A DNA stretch of 64,000 nt from Eledone cirrhosa. Lineage: Eukaryota. Both the position numbers and the translations under genes were made by a program. The stretch spans positions 120,900,001-120,964,000 of the forward strand of contig OZ024744.1 in assembly GCA_964016885.1 (NCBI GenBank). Direction: 5' to 3'. Of the stretch, positions 27,530 through 40,919 are shown in pieces. The notes under the pieces were generated by a model. It saw nothing but the letters and a program-made list of their open reading frames with translations, did not search any database and was not told the origin of the DNA. How positions within the stretch are numbered: the first letter of the stretch is position 1; every line of letters begins with the position of its first letter.

Positions 27530-30500
27530 TTCTAACCACATGTCATAGTATTAGATCTGTGATCTCTCAATTCAGAGATTCTTTCCTGGGATATTCTAAC
27601 CACATATCATAGTATCAGAGCTGTGATCTCTCAATTCAGAGATTCTTTCCTGAGACATTCTAACCACATCTCATAGTCTAAGAGCTGTGATATCTCAATT
27701 CAGAGATTCTTTACTGAGACATTCTAACCACATGTCATAGAATTAGAGCTGTGATCTCTCAATTCAGAGATTCTTTCCTGAGACATTCTAACCACATGTC
27801 ATAGTATTAGAGCTGTGATCTCTCAATTCAGAGATTCTTTCCTGAGAAATTCTAACCTCATGTCTGTAGTATCAGAGCTGTGATCTCTCAATTCAGAGAA
27901 TCTTTCCTGAGACATTCTAACTCCATGTCCACAGTATCAGAGCTGTGATCTCTCAATTCAGAGATTCTTTCCTGAGACATTCTAACCACATGTCATAGTA
28001 TCAGTGCTGTGATCTCTCAATATAGAGATTCTTTCCTGAGATATTCTAACCACATGTCATAGTATCAGAGCTGTGATCTCTCAATTCAGAGATTCTTTCC
28101 TGGGATATTCTAACCACATGTGATAGTATCAGAGCTGTGATCTCTCAATTCAGATATTCTTTCCTGATACATTCTAACCACATGTCATAGGATCAGAGTT
28201 GTGATCTCTCAATTCAGAGATTCTTTCCTGAGATATTCTAACCACATGTCATAGTATCAGAGCTGTGATCTCTCAATTCAGAGATTCTTTCCTGAGACAT
28301 TCTAACAACATGTCATAGTATTAGAGCTGTGATCTCTCAATTCAGAGATTCTTTCCTGAGACATTCTAACCACATGTCATAGTATTAGAGCTGTGATCTC
28401 TCAATTCAGAGATTCTTTCCTGAGACATTCTAACCACATGTCATAGTATCAGTGCTGTGATCTCTCAATATAGAGATTCTTTCCTGAGATATTCTAACCA
28501 CATGTCATAGTATCAGAGCTGTGATCTCTCAATTCAGAGATTCTTTCCTAGGATATTCTAACCACATGTCATAGTATCAGAGCTGTGATCTCTCAATTCA
28601 GATATTCTTTCTTGAGACATTCTAACCACATGTCATAGGATCAGAGTTGTGATCTCTCAATTCAGAGATTCTTTCCTGAGATATTCTAACCACATGTCAT
28701 AGTATCAGAGCTGTGATCTCTCAATTCAGAGATTCTTTCCTGAGACATTCTAACCACATGTCATAGTATTAGAGCTGTGATCTCTCAATTCAGAGATTCT
28801 TTCCTGAGACATTCTTACCACATGTCATAGTATCAGAGCTGTGATCTCTCAATTTAGAGATTCTTTCCTGAGACATTCTAAACACATGTCATAGTATCAG
28901 AGCTGTGATCTCTCAATTCAGAGATTCTTTCCTGAGACATTCTCACCACATGTCATAGTATCAGAGCTGAGATATCTCAATTCAGAGATTCTTTCCTGAT
29001 ATATTCTAACCACATGTCACAGTATCAGAGCTGTGAACTCTCAATTCAGAGATTCTTTCCTGATACATTCTAACCACATGTCATAGTATCAGAGCTGTGA
29101 TCTCTCAATTCAGAGATTCTTTCCTGAGACATTCTAACCACGTCATAGTATCAGAGCTGTAATATCTCAATTCAGAGATTCTTTCATGAGACATTCTAAC
29201 CACATGTCATAGTATCAGAACTGTGATTTCTCAATTCAGAAATTCTTTCCTGAGATATTCTAACCACATGTCATAGTATTAGATCTGTGATCTCTCAATT
29301 CAGAGATTCTTTCCTGGGATATTCTAACCACATATCATAGTATCAGAGCTGTGATCTCTCAATTCAGAGATTCTTTCCTGAGACATTCTAACCACATCTC
29401 ATAGTCTAAGAGCTGTGATATCTCAATTCAGAGATTCTTTACTGAGACATTCTAACCACATGTCATAGAATTAGAGCTGTGATCTCTCAATTCAGAGATT
29501 CTTTCCTGAGACATTCTAACCACATGTCATAGTATTAGAGCTGTGATCACTCAATTCAGAGATTCTTTCCTGAGAAATTCTAACCTCATGTCTGTAGTAT
29601 CAGAGCTGTGATCTCTCAACTCAGAGAATCTTTCCTGAGACATTCTAACTCCATGTCCACAGTATCAGAGCTGTGATCTCTCAATTCAGAGATTCTTTCC
29701 TGAGACATTCTAACCACATGTCATAGTATCAGTGCGGTGATCTCTCAATATAGAGATTCTTTCCTGAGATATTCTAACCACATGTCATAGTATCAGAGCT
29801 GTGATCTCTCAATTCAGAGATTCTTTCCTGGGATATTCTAACCACATGTGATAGTATCAGAGCTGTGATCTCTCAATTCAGATATTCTTTCCTGATACAT
29901 TCTAACCACATGTCATAGGATCAGAGTTGTGATCTCTCAATTCAGAGATTCTTTCCTGAGATATTCTAACCACATGTCATAGTATCAGAGCTGTGATCTC
30001 TCAATTCAGAGATTCTTTCCTGAGACATTCTAACAACATGTCATAGTATTAGAGCTGTGATCTCTCAATTCAGAGATTCTTTCCTGAGACATTCTAACCA
30101 CATGTCATAGTATTAGAGCTGTGATCTCTCAATTCAGAGATTCTTTCCTGAGACATTCTAACCACATGTCATAGTATCAGTGCTGTGATCTCTCAATATA
30201 GAGATTCTTTCCTGAGATATTCTAACCACATGTCATAGTATCAGAGCTGTGATCTCTCAATTCAGAGATTCTTTCCTAGGATATTCTAACCACATGTCAT
30301 AGTATCAGAGCTGTGATCTCTCAATTCAGATATTCTTTCTTGAGACATTCTAACCACATGTCATAGGATCAGAGTTGTGATCTCTCAATTCAGAGATTCT
30401 TTCCTGAGATATTCTAACCACATGTCATAGTATCAGAGCTGTGATCTCTCAATTCAGAGATTCTTTCCTGAGACATTCTAACCACATGTCATAGTATTAG

Positions 30501-31010
30501 AGCTGTGATCTCTCAATTCAGAGATTCTTTCCTGAGACATTCTTACCACATGTCATAGTATCAGAGCTGTGATCTCTCAATTTAGAGATTCTTTCCTGAG
30601 ACATTCTAAACACATGTCATAGTATCAGAGCTGTGATCTCTCAATTCAGAGATTCTTTCCTGAGACATTCTCACCACATGTCATAGTATCAGAGCTGAGA
30701 TATCTCAATTCAGAGATTCTTTCCTGATATATTCTAACCACATGTCACAGTATCAGAGCTGTGAACTCTCAATTCAGAGATTCTTTCCTGATACATTCTA
30801 ACCACATGTCATAGTATCAGAGCTGTGATCTCTCAATTCAGAGATTCTTTCCTGAGACATTCTAACCACGTCATAGTATCAGAGCTGTAATATCTCAATT
30901 CAGAGATTCTTTCATGAGACATTCTAACCACATGTCATAGTATCAGAACTGTGATCTCTCAATTCAGAAATTCTTTCCTGAGATATTCTAACCACATGTC
31001 ATAGTATTAG
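27530..31010. repeat. Tandem duplication of a 27-monomer unit, period 1728 bp
   Basis: TTACTGAG at 27711/29439; TCTCACCAC at 28941/30669; shared CTAACAAC and GCTGAGATATC markers. Confidence 0.9.
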
Positions 31011-33787
31011 AGCTGTGATCTCTCAATTCAGAGATTCTTCCCTGAGACATTCTAACCACATGTCATAGTATCAGAGCTGTGATCTCTCAATTCAGAGATT
31101 CTTTCCTGAGACATTCTAACCACATGTCATAGTATCAGAACTGTGATCTCTCAATTCAGAAATTCTTTCCTGAGATATTCTAACCACATGTCATAGTATC
31201 AGAGCTGTGATCTCTCAATTCAGAGATTCTTTCCTGAGACATTCTAACCACATGTCATAGTATCAGAGCTGTGAACTCTCAATTCAGAGATTCTTTCCTG
31301 ATACATTCTAACCACATGTCATAGTATCACAGCTGTGATCTCTCAATTCAGAGATTCTTTCCTGAGACATTCTAACCACGTCATAGTATCAGAGCTGTGA
31401 TATCTCAATTCAGAGATTCTTTCATGAGACATTCTAACCACATGTCATAGTATCAGAGCTGTGATCTCTCAATTTAGATATTCTTTCCTGAGACATTCTA
31501 ACCACATGTCATAGTATCAGAGCTGTGAACTCTCAATTCAGAGATTCTTTCCTGATACATTCTAACCACAGGTCATAGTATTAGAGCTGTGATCTCTCAA
31601 TTCAGAGATTCTTTCCTGATACATTCTAACCACATGTCATAGTATCAGAGCTGTGATCTCTCAATTCAGAGATTCTTTCCTGAGACATTCTAACCACGTC
31701 ATAGTATCAGAGCTGTAATATCTCAATTCACAGATTCTTTCATGAGACATTCTAACCACATGTCATAGTATCAGAGCTGTGATCTCTCAATTCAGAGATT
31801 CTTTCCTGAGATATTCTAACCACATGTCATAGTATTAGATCTGTGATCTCTCAATTCAGAGATTCTTTCCTGAGACATTCTAACCACATGTCATAGTATC
31901 AGAGCTGTGATCTCTCAATTCAGAGATTCTTTCCTGAGACATTCTAACCACATGTCATAGTATGAGAACTGTGATCTCTCAATTCAGAAATTCTTTCCTG
32001 AGACATTCTAACCACATGTCATAGTATCAGAGCTGTGAACTCTCAATTCAGAGATTCTTTCCTGATACATTCTAACCACATGTCATAGTATTAGAGCTGT
32101 GATCTCTCAATTCAGAGATTCTTTCCTGAGACATTCTAACCACGTCATAGTATCAGAGCTGTGATCTCTCAATTCAGAGATTCTTTCATGAGACATTCTA
32201 ACCATATGTCATAGTATCAGAGCTGTGATCTCTCAATTCAGAGATTCTTTCCTGAGAACTTCTAACCACATGTCTGTAGTATCAGAGATGTGATCTCTCA
32301 ATTCAGAGATTCTTTCCTGAGACATTCTAACCACATGTCATAGTATCAGAGCTGTGAACTCTCAATTCAGAGATTCTTTCCTGATACATTCTAACCACAT
32401 GTCATAGTATCAGAGCTGTGATCTCTCAATTCAGAGATTCTTTCCTGAGACATTCTAACCACGTCATAGTATCAGAGCTGTGATATCTCAATTCAGAGAT
32501 TCTTTCATGAGACATTCTAACCACATGTCATAGTATCAGAGCTGTGATCTCTCAATTTAGATATTCTTTCCTGGGACATTCTAACCACATGTCATAATAT
32601 CAGAGCTGTGAACTCTCAATTCAGAGATTCTTTCCTAATACATTCTAACCACATGTCATAGTATTAGAGCTGTGATCTCTCAATTCAGAGATTCTTTGCT
32701 GAGACATTCTAACCATATGTCATAGTATTAGAGCTGTGATCTCTCAATTCAGAGATTCTTTCCTGAGAAATTCTAACCTCATGTCTGTAGTATCAGAGCT
32801 GTAATCTCTCAATTCAGAGAATCTTTCCTGAGACATTCTAACTCCATGTCCACAGTCTCAGAGCTGTGATCTCTCAATTCAGAGATTCTTTCCTGAGACA
32901 TTCTAACCACATGTCATAGTATCAGAATTGTGATCTCTCAATTCAGAAATTCTTTCCTGAGACATTCTAACCACATGTCATAGTATCAGAGCTGTGAACT
33001 CTCAATTCAGAGATTCTTTCCTGATACGTTCTAACCACATGTCATAGTATTAGAGCTGTGATCTCTCAATTCAGAGATTCTTTCCTGAGACATTCTAACC
33101 ACGTCATAGTATCAGAGCTGTGATATCTCAATTCAGAGATTCTTTCATGAGACATTCTAACCACATGTCATAGTATCAGAGCTGTGATCTCTCAATTCAG
33201 AGATTCTTTCCTGAGACATTCTAACCACATGTCATAGTATCAGAGCTGTGAACTCTCAATTCAGAGATTCTTTCCTAGGATATTCTAACCACATGTCATA
33301 GTATCAGAGCTGTGATCTCTCAATTCAGATATTCTTTCCTGAGACATTCTAACCACATGTCATAGTATCAGAACTGTGATGTCTCAATTCAGAAATTCTT
33401 TCCTGAAACATTCAAATCACATGTCATAGTATCAGAGCTGTGAACTCTCAATTCAGAGATTCTTTCCTGATACATTCTAACCACATGTCATAGTATCAGA
33501 GCTGTGATCTCTCAATTCAGAGATTCTTTCCTGAGACATTCTAACCACGTCATAGTATCAGAGCTGTAATATCTCAATTCAGAGATTCTTTCATGAGACA
33601 TTCTAACCACATGTCATAGTATCAGAGCTGTGATCTCTCAATTTAGATATTCTTTCCTGAGATATTGTAACCACATGTCATAGTATTAGAGCTGTGATCT
33701 CTCAATTCAGAGATTCTTTCCTGAGACATTCTAACCACATGTCATAGTATCAGAGCTGTGATCTCTCAATTCAGAGATTCTTTCCGG

Positions 33788-36700
33788 AGACATTCTAACC
33801 ACATGTCATAGTATCAGAATTGTGATCTCTCAATTCAGAAATTCTTTCCTGAGACATTCTAACCACATGTCATAGTATCAGAGCTGTGAACTCTCAATTC
33901 AGAGATTCTTTCCTGATACATTCTAACCACATGTCGTAGTATTAGAGCTGTGATCTCTCAATTCAGAGATTCTTTCCTGAGACATTCTAACCACGTCATA
34001 GTATCAGAGCTGTGATATCTCAATTCACAGATTCTTTCATGAGACATTCTAACCACATGTCATAGTATCAGAGCTGTGATCTCTCAATTCAGAGATTCTT
34101 TCCTGAGACATTCTAACCACATGTCATAGTATCAGAGCTGTGCACTCTCAATTCAGAGATTCTTTCCTGATACATTCTAACCACATGTCATAGTATTAGA
34201 GCTGTGATCTCTCAATTCAGAGATTCTTTTCTGAGACATTCTAACCACGTCATAGTATCAGAGCTGTGATATCTCAATTCAGAGATTCTTTCATGAGACC
34301 TTCTAACCACATGTCATAGTATCAGAGCTGTGATCTCTCAATTCAGAGATTCTTTCCTGAGACATTCTAACCACATGTCATAGTATTAGATCTGTGATCT
34401 CTCAATTCAGAGATTCTTTCCTGGGATATTCTAACCACATGTCATAGTATCAGAGCTGTGATCTCTCAATTCAGAGATTCTTTCCTGAGACATTCTAACC
34501 ACATCTCATAGTCTTAGAGCTGTGATATCTCAATTCAGAGATTCTTTCCTGAGACATTCTAACCGCATCTCATAGAATCAGAGCTGTGATCTCTCAATTC
34601 ACAGATTCTTTCCTGAGACGTTCTAATCACATGTCATAGTATTAGAGCTGTGATTTCTCAATTCAGAGATTCTTTCCTGCGAAATTCTAACCTCATGTCT
34701 GTAGTATCAGAGCTGTGATCTCTCAATTCAGAGAATCTTTCCTGAGACATTCTAACCACATGTCATAGTATCAGAACTGTGATCTCTCAATTCAGAGATT
34801 GTTTCCTGATACATTCTAACCACATGTCATAGTATCAGAGCTGTGATCTCTCAATTCAGAGATACTTTCCTGAGACATTCTAACCACGTCATAGTATCAG
34901 AGCTGTAATATCTCAATTCAGAGATTCTTTCATGAGACATTCTAACCACATGTCATAGTATCAGAGCTGTGATCTCTCAATTTAGATATTCTTTCCTGAG
35001 ATATTCTAACCACATGTCATAGTATTAGAGCTGTGATCTCTCAATTCAGAGATTCTTTCCTGAGACATTCTAACCACGTGTCATAGTATCAGAGCTGTGA
35101 TCTCTCAATTCAGAGATTCTTTCTTGAGACATTCTAACCACATGTCATAGTATCAGAATTGTGATCTCTCAATTCAGAAATTCTTTCCTGAGACATTCTA
35201 ACCACATGTCATAGTATCAGAGCTGTGAACTCTCAATTCAGAGATTTTTTCCTGGGATATTCTAACCACATGTCATAGTATCAGAGCTGTGATCTCTCAA
35301 TTCAGATATTCTTTCCTGAGACATTCTAACCACATGTCATAGTATCAGAACTGTGATCTCTCAATTCAGAAATTCTTTCCTGAGACATTCAAACCACATG
35401 TCATAGTATCAGAGCTGTGAACTCTCAATTCAGAGATTCTTTCCTGATAAATTCTAACCACATGTCATAGTATCAGAGCTGTCATCTCTCAATTCAGCGA
35501 TACTTTCCTGAGACATTCTAACCACGTCATAGTATCAGAGCTGTAATATCTCAATTCAGAGATTCTTTCATGAGACATTCTAACCACATGTCATAGTATC
35601 AGAGCTGTGATCTCTCAATTTAGATATTCTTTCCTGAGATATTCTAACCACATGTCATAGTATTAGAGCTGTGATCTCTCAATTCAGAGATTCTTTCCTG
35701 AGACATTCTAACCACGTGTCATAGTATCAGAGCAGTGATCTCTCAATTCAGAGATTCTTTCCTGAGACATTCTAACCACATGTCATAGTATCAGAATTGT
35801 GATCTCTCAATTCAGAAATTCTTTCCTGAGACATTCTAACCACATGTCATAGTATTAGAGCTGTGATCTCTCAATTCAGAGATTCTTTCCTGAGATATTC
35901 TAACCACGTCATAGTATCAGAGCTGTGATATCTCAATTCAGAGATTCTTTCATGAGACATTCTAACCACATGTCATAGTATCAGAGCTGTGATCTCTCAA
36001 TTCAGAGATTCTTTCCTGAGAACTTCTAACCACATGTCTGTAGTATCAGAGCTGTGATCTCTCAATGCAGAGATTCTTTCCTGAGATATTCTAACCACAT
36101 GTCATAGTATCAGAGCTGTGATCTCTCAATTCAGAGATTCTTTCCTGAGACATTTTAACCACATGTCATAGTATCAGAGCTGTGAACTCTCAATTCAGAG
36201 ATTCTTTCCTGAGATATTCTAACCACATGTCATAGTATTAGAGCTGTGATCTCTCAATTCAGAGATTCTTTCCTGAGACATTCTAACCAGGTGTCATAGT
36301 ATCAGAGCTGTGATCTCTCAATTCAGAGATTCTTTCCTGAGACATTCTAACCACATGTCATAGTATCAGAATTGTGATATCTCAATTCAGAAATTCTTTC
36401 CTGAGACATTCTAACCACACGTCACAGTATCAGAGCTGTGAACTCTCAATTCAGAGATTCTTTCCTGATACATTCTAACCACATGTCATAGTATTAGAGC
36501 TGTGGTCTCTCAATTCAGAGATTCTTTCCTGAGACATTCTAACCACGTCATAGTATCAGAGCTGTGATATCTCAATTCAGAGATTCTTTCATGAGACATT
36601 CTAACCACATGTCATAGTATCAGAGCTGTGATCTCTCAATTCAGAGATTCTTTCCTGAGAACTTCTAACCACATGTCTGTAGTATCAGAGCTGTGATCTC

Positions 36701-39700
36701 TCAATTCAGAGATTCTTTCCTGAGATATTCTAACCACATGTCATAGTATCAGAGCTGTGATCTCTCAATTCAGAGATTCTTTCCTGAGACATTCTAACCA
36801 CATGTCATAGTATCAGAGCTGTGAACTCTCAATTCAGAGATTCTTTCCTGATACATTCTAACCACATGTCATAGTATTAGAGCTGTGATCTCTCAATTCA
36901 GAGATTCTTTCATGAGACATTCTAACCACATGTCATAGTATCAGAATTGTGATCTCTCAATTCAGAAATTCTTTCCTGAGACATTCTAACCACATGTCAT
37001 AATATCAGAGCTGTGAACTCTCAATTCAGAGATTCTTTCCTGATACATTCTAACCACATGTCGTAGTATTAGAGCTGTGATCTCTCAATTCAGAGATTCT
37101 TTCCTGAGACATTCTAACCACGTCATAGTATCAGAGCTGTGATATCTCAATTCACAGATTCTTTCATGAGACATTCTAACCACATGTCATAGTATCAGAG
37201 CTGTGATCTCTCAATTCAGAGATTCTTTCCTGAGACATTCTAACCACATGTCATAGTATCAGAGCTGTGCACTCTCAATTCAGAGATTCTTTCCTGATAC
37301 ATTCTAACCACATGTCATAGTATTAGAGCTGTGATCTCTCAATTCAGAGATTCTTTTCTGAGACATTCTAACCACGTCATAGTATCAGAGCTGTGATATC
37401 TCAATTCAGAGATTCTTTCATGAGACCTTCTAACCACATGTCATAGTATCAGAGCTGTGATCTCTCAATTCAGAGATTCTTTCCTGAGACATTCTAACCA
37501 CATGTCATAGTATTAGATCTGTGATCTCTCAATTCAGAGATTCTTTCCTGGGATATTCTAACCACATGTCATAGTATCAGAGCTGTGATCTCTCAATTCA
37601 GAGATTCTTTCCTGAGACATTCTAACCACATCTCATAGTCTTAGAGCTGTGATATCTCAATTCAGAGATTCTTTCCTGAGACATTCTAACCGCATCTCAT
37701 AGAATCAGAGCTGTGATCTCTCAATTCACAGATTCTTTCCTGAGACGTTCTAATCATATGTCATAGTATTAGAGCTGTGATTTCTCAATTCAGAGATTCT
37801 TTCCTGCGAAATTCTAACCTCATGTCTGTAGTATCAGAGCTGTGATCTCTCAATTCAGAGAATCTTTCCTGAGACATTCTAACCACATGTCATAGTATCA
37901 GAACTGTGATCTCTCAATTCAGAGATTGTTTCCTGATACATTCTAACCACATGTCATAGTATCAGAGCTGTGATCTCTCAATTCAGAGATACTTTCCTGA
38001 GACATTCTAACCACGTCATAGTATCAGAGCTGTAATATCTCAATTCAGAGATTCTTTCATGAGACATTCTAACCACATGTCATAGTATCAGAGCTGTGAT
38101 CTCTCAATTTAGATATTCTTTCCTGAGATATTCTAACCACATGTCATAGTATTAGAGCTGTGATCTCTCAATTCAGAGATTCTTTCCTGAGACATTCTAA
38201 CCACGTGTCATAGTATCAGAGCTGTGATCTCTCAATTCAGAGATTCTTTCCTGAGACATTCTAACCACATGTCATAGTATCAGAATTGTGATCTCTCAAT
38301 TCAGAAATTCTTTCCTGAGACATTCTAACCACATGTCATAGTATCAGAGCTGTGAACTCTCAATTCAGAGATTTTTTCCTGGGATATTCTAACCACATGT
38401 CATAGTATCAGAGCTGTGATCTCTCAATTCAGATATTCTTTCCTGAGACATTCTAACCACATGTCATAGTATCAGAACTGTGATCTCTCAATTCAGAAAT
38501 TCTTTCCTGAGACATTCAAACCACATGTCATAGTATCAGAGCTGTGAACTCTCAATTCAGAGATTCTTTCCTGATAAATTCTAACCACATGTCATAGTAT
38601 CAGAGCTGTGATCTCTCAATTCAGAGATACTTTCCTGAGACATTCTAACCACGTCATAGTATCAGAGCTGTAATATCTCAATTCAGAGATTCTTTCATGA
38701 GACATTCTAACCACATGTCATAGTATCAGAGCTGTGATCTCTCAATTTAGATATTCTTTCCTGAGATATTCTAACCACATGTCATAGTATTAGAGCTGTG
38801 ATCTCTCAATTCAGAGATTCTTTCCTGAGACATTCTAACCACGTGTCATAGTATCAGAGCAGTGATCTCTCAATTCAGAGATTCTTTCCTGAGACATTCT
38901 AACCACATGTCATAGTATCAGAATTGTGATCTCTCAATTCAGAAATTCTTTCCTGAGACATTCTAACCACATGTCATAGTATTAGAGCTGTGATCTCTCA
39001 ATTCAGAGATTCTTTCCTGAGATATTCTAACCACGTCATAGTATCAGAGCTGTGATATCTCAATTCAGAGATTCTTTCATGAGACATTCTAACCACATGT
39101 CATAGTATCAGAGCTGTGATCTCTCAATTCAGAGATTCTTTCCTGAGAACTTCTAACCACATGTCTGTAGTATCAGAGCTGTGATCTCTCAATGCAGAGA
39201 TTCTTTCCTGAGATATTCTAACCACATGTCATAGTATCAGAGCTGTGATCTCTCAATTCAGAGATTCTTTCCTGAGACATTTTAACCACATGTCAGAGTA
39301 TCAGAGCTGTGAACTCTCAATTCAGAGATTCTTTCCTGAGATATTCTAACCACATGTCATAGTATTAGAGCTGTGATCTCTCAATTCAGAGATTCTTTCC
39401 TGAGACATTCTAACCAGGTGTCATAGTATCAGAGCTGTGATCTCTCAATTCAGAGATTCTTTCCTGAGACATTCTAACCACATGTCATAGTATCAGAATT
39501 GTGATATCTCAATTCAGAAATTCTTTCCTGAGACATTCTAACCACACGTCACAGTATCAGAGCTGTGAACTCTCAATTCAGAGATTCTTTCCTGATACAT
39601 TCTAACCACATGTCATAGTATTAGAGCTGTGGTCTCTCAATTCAGAGATTCTTTCCTGAGACATTCTAACCACGTCATAGTATCAGAGCTGTGATATCTC

Positions 39701-40064
39701 AATTCAGAGATTCTTTCATGAGACATTCTAACCACATGTCATAGTATCAGAGCTGTGATCTCTCAATTCAGAGATTCTTTCCTGAGAACTTCTAACCACA
39801 TGTCTGTAGTATCAGAGCTGTGATCTCTCAATTCAGAGATTCTTTCCTGAGATATTCTAACCACATGTCATAGTATCAGAGCTGTGATCTCTCAATTCAG
39901 AGATTCTTTCCTGAGACATTCTAACCACATGTCATAGTATCAGAGCTGTGAACTCTCAATTCAGAGATTCTTTCCTGATACATTCTAACCACATGTCATA
40001 GTATTAGAGCTGTGATCTCTCAATTCAGAGATTCTTTCATGAGACATTCTAACCACATGTCATA
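33788..40064. repeat. Tandem duplication of a 49-monomer unit, period 3127 bp
   Basis: ATGTCGTAG at 33931/37058; CTCAATGCAG at 36061/39188; shared GTGCACTC, CCTGCGAAA and GATTGTTT markers. Confidence 0.9.
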
Positions 40065-40919
40065 TTATCAGAGCTGTGATCTCTCAATTTAGATATTCTT
40101 TCCTGAGATATTCTAACCACATGTCATAGTATTAGAGCTGTGATCTCTCAATTCAGAGATTCTTTCCTGAGACATTCTAACCACGTGTCATAGTATCAGA
40201 GCTGTGATCTCTCAATTCAGAGATTCTTTCCTGAGACATTCTAACCACATGTCATAGTATCAGAATTGTGATCTCTCAATTCAGAAATTCTTTCCTGAGA
40301 CATTCTAACCACATGTCATAGTATCAGAGCTGTGAACTCTCAATTCAGAGATTCTTTCCTGATACATTCTAACCACATGTCTGAAGTATCAGAGCTGTGA
40401 TCTCTCAATTCAGAGATTCTTTCCTGAGATATTCTAACCACATGTCATAGTATCAGAGCTGTGATCTCTCAATTCAGAGATTCTTTCCTGAGACATTCTA
40501 ACCACATGTCATAGTATCAGAGCTGTGAACTCTCAATTCAGAGATTCTTTCCTGAGATATTCTAACCACATGTCATAGTATTAGAGCTGTGATCTCTCAA
40601 TTCAGAGATTCTTTCCTGAGACATTCTAACCACGTGTCATAGTATCAGAGCTGTGATCTCTCAATTCAGAGATTCTTTCCTGAGACATTCTAACCACATG
40701 TCATAGTATCAGAATTGTGATCTCTCAATTCAGAAATTCTTTCCTGAGAACTTCTAACCACATGTCATAGTATCAGAGCTGTGAACTCTCAATTCAGAGA
40801 TTCTTTCCTGATACGTTCTAACCACATGTCATAGTATCAGAGCTGTGATCTCTCAATTCAGAGATACTTTCCTGAGACATTCTAACCACGTCATAGTATC
40901 AGAGCTGTAATATCTCAAT

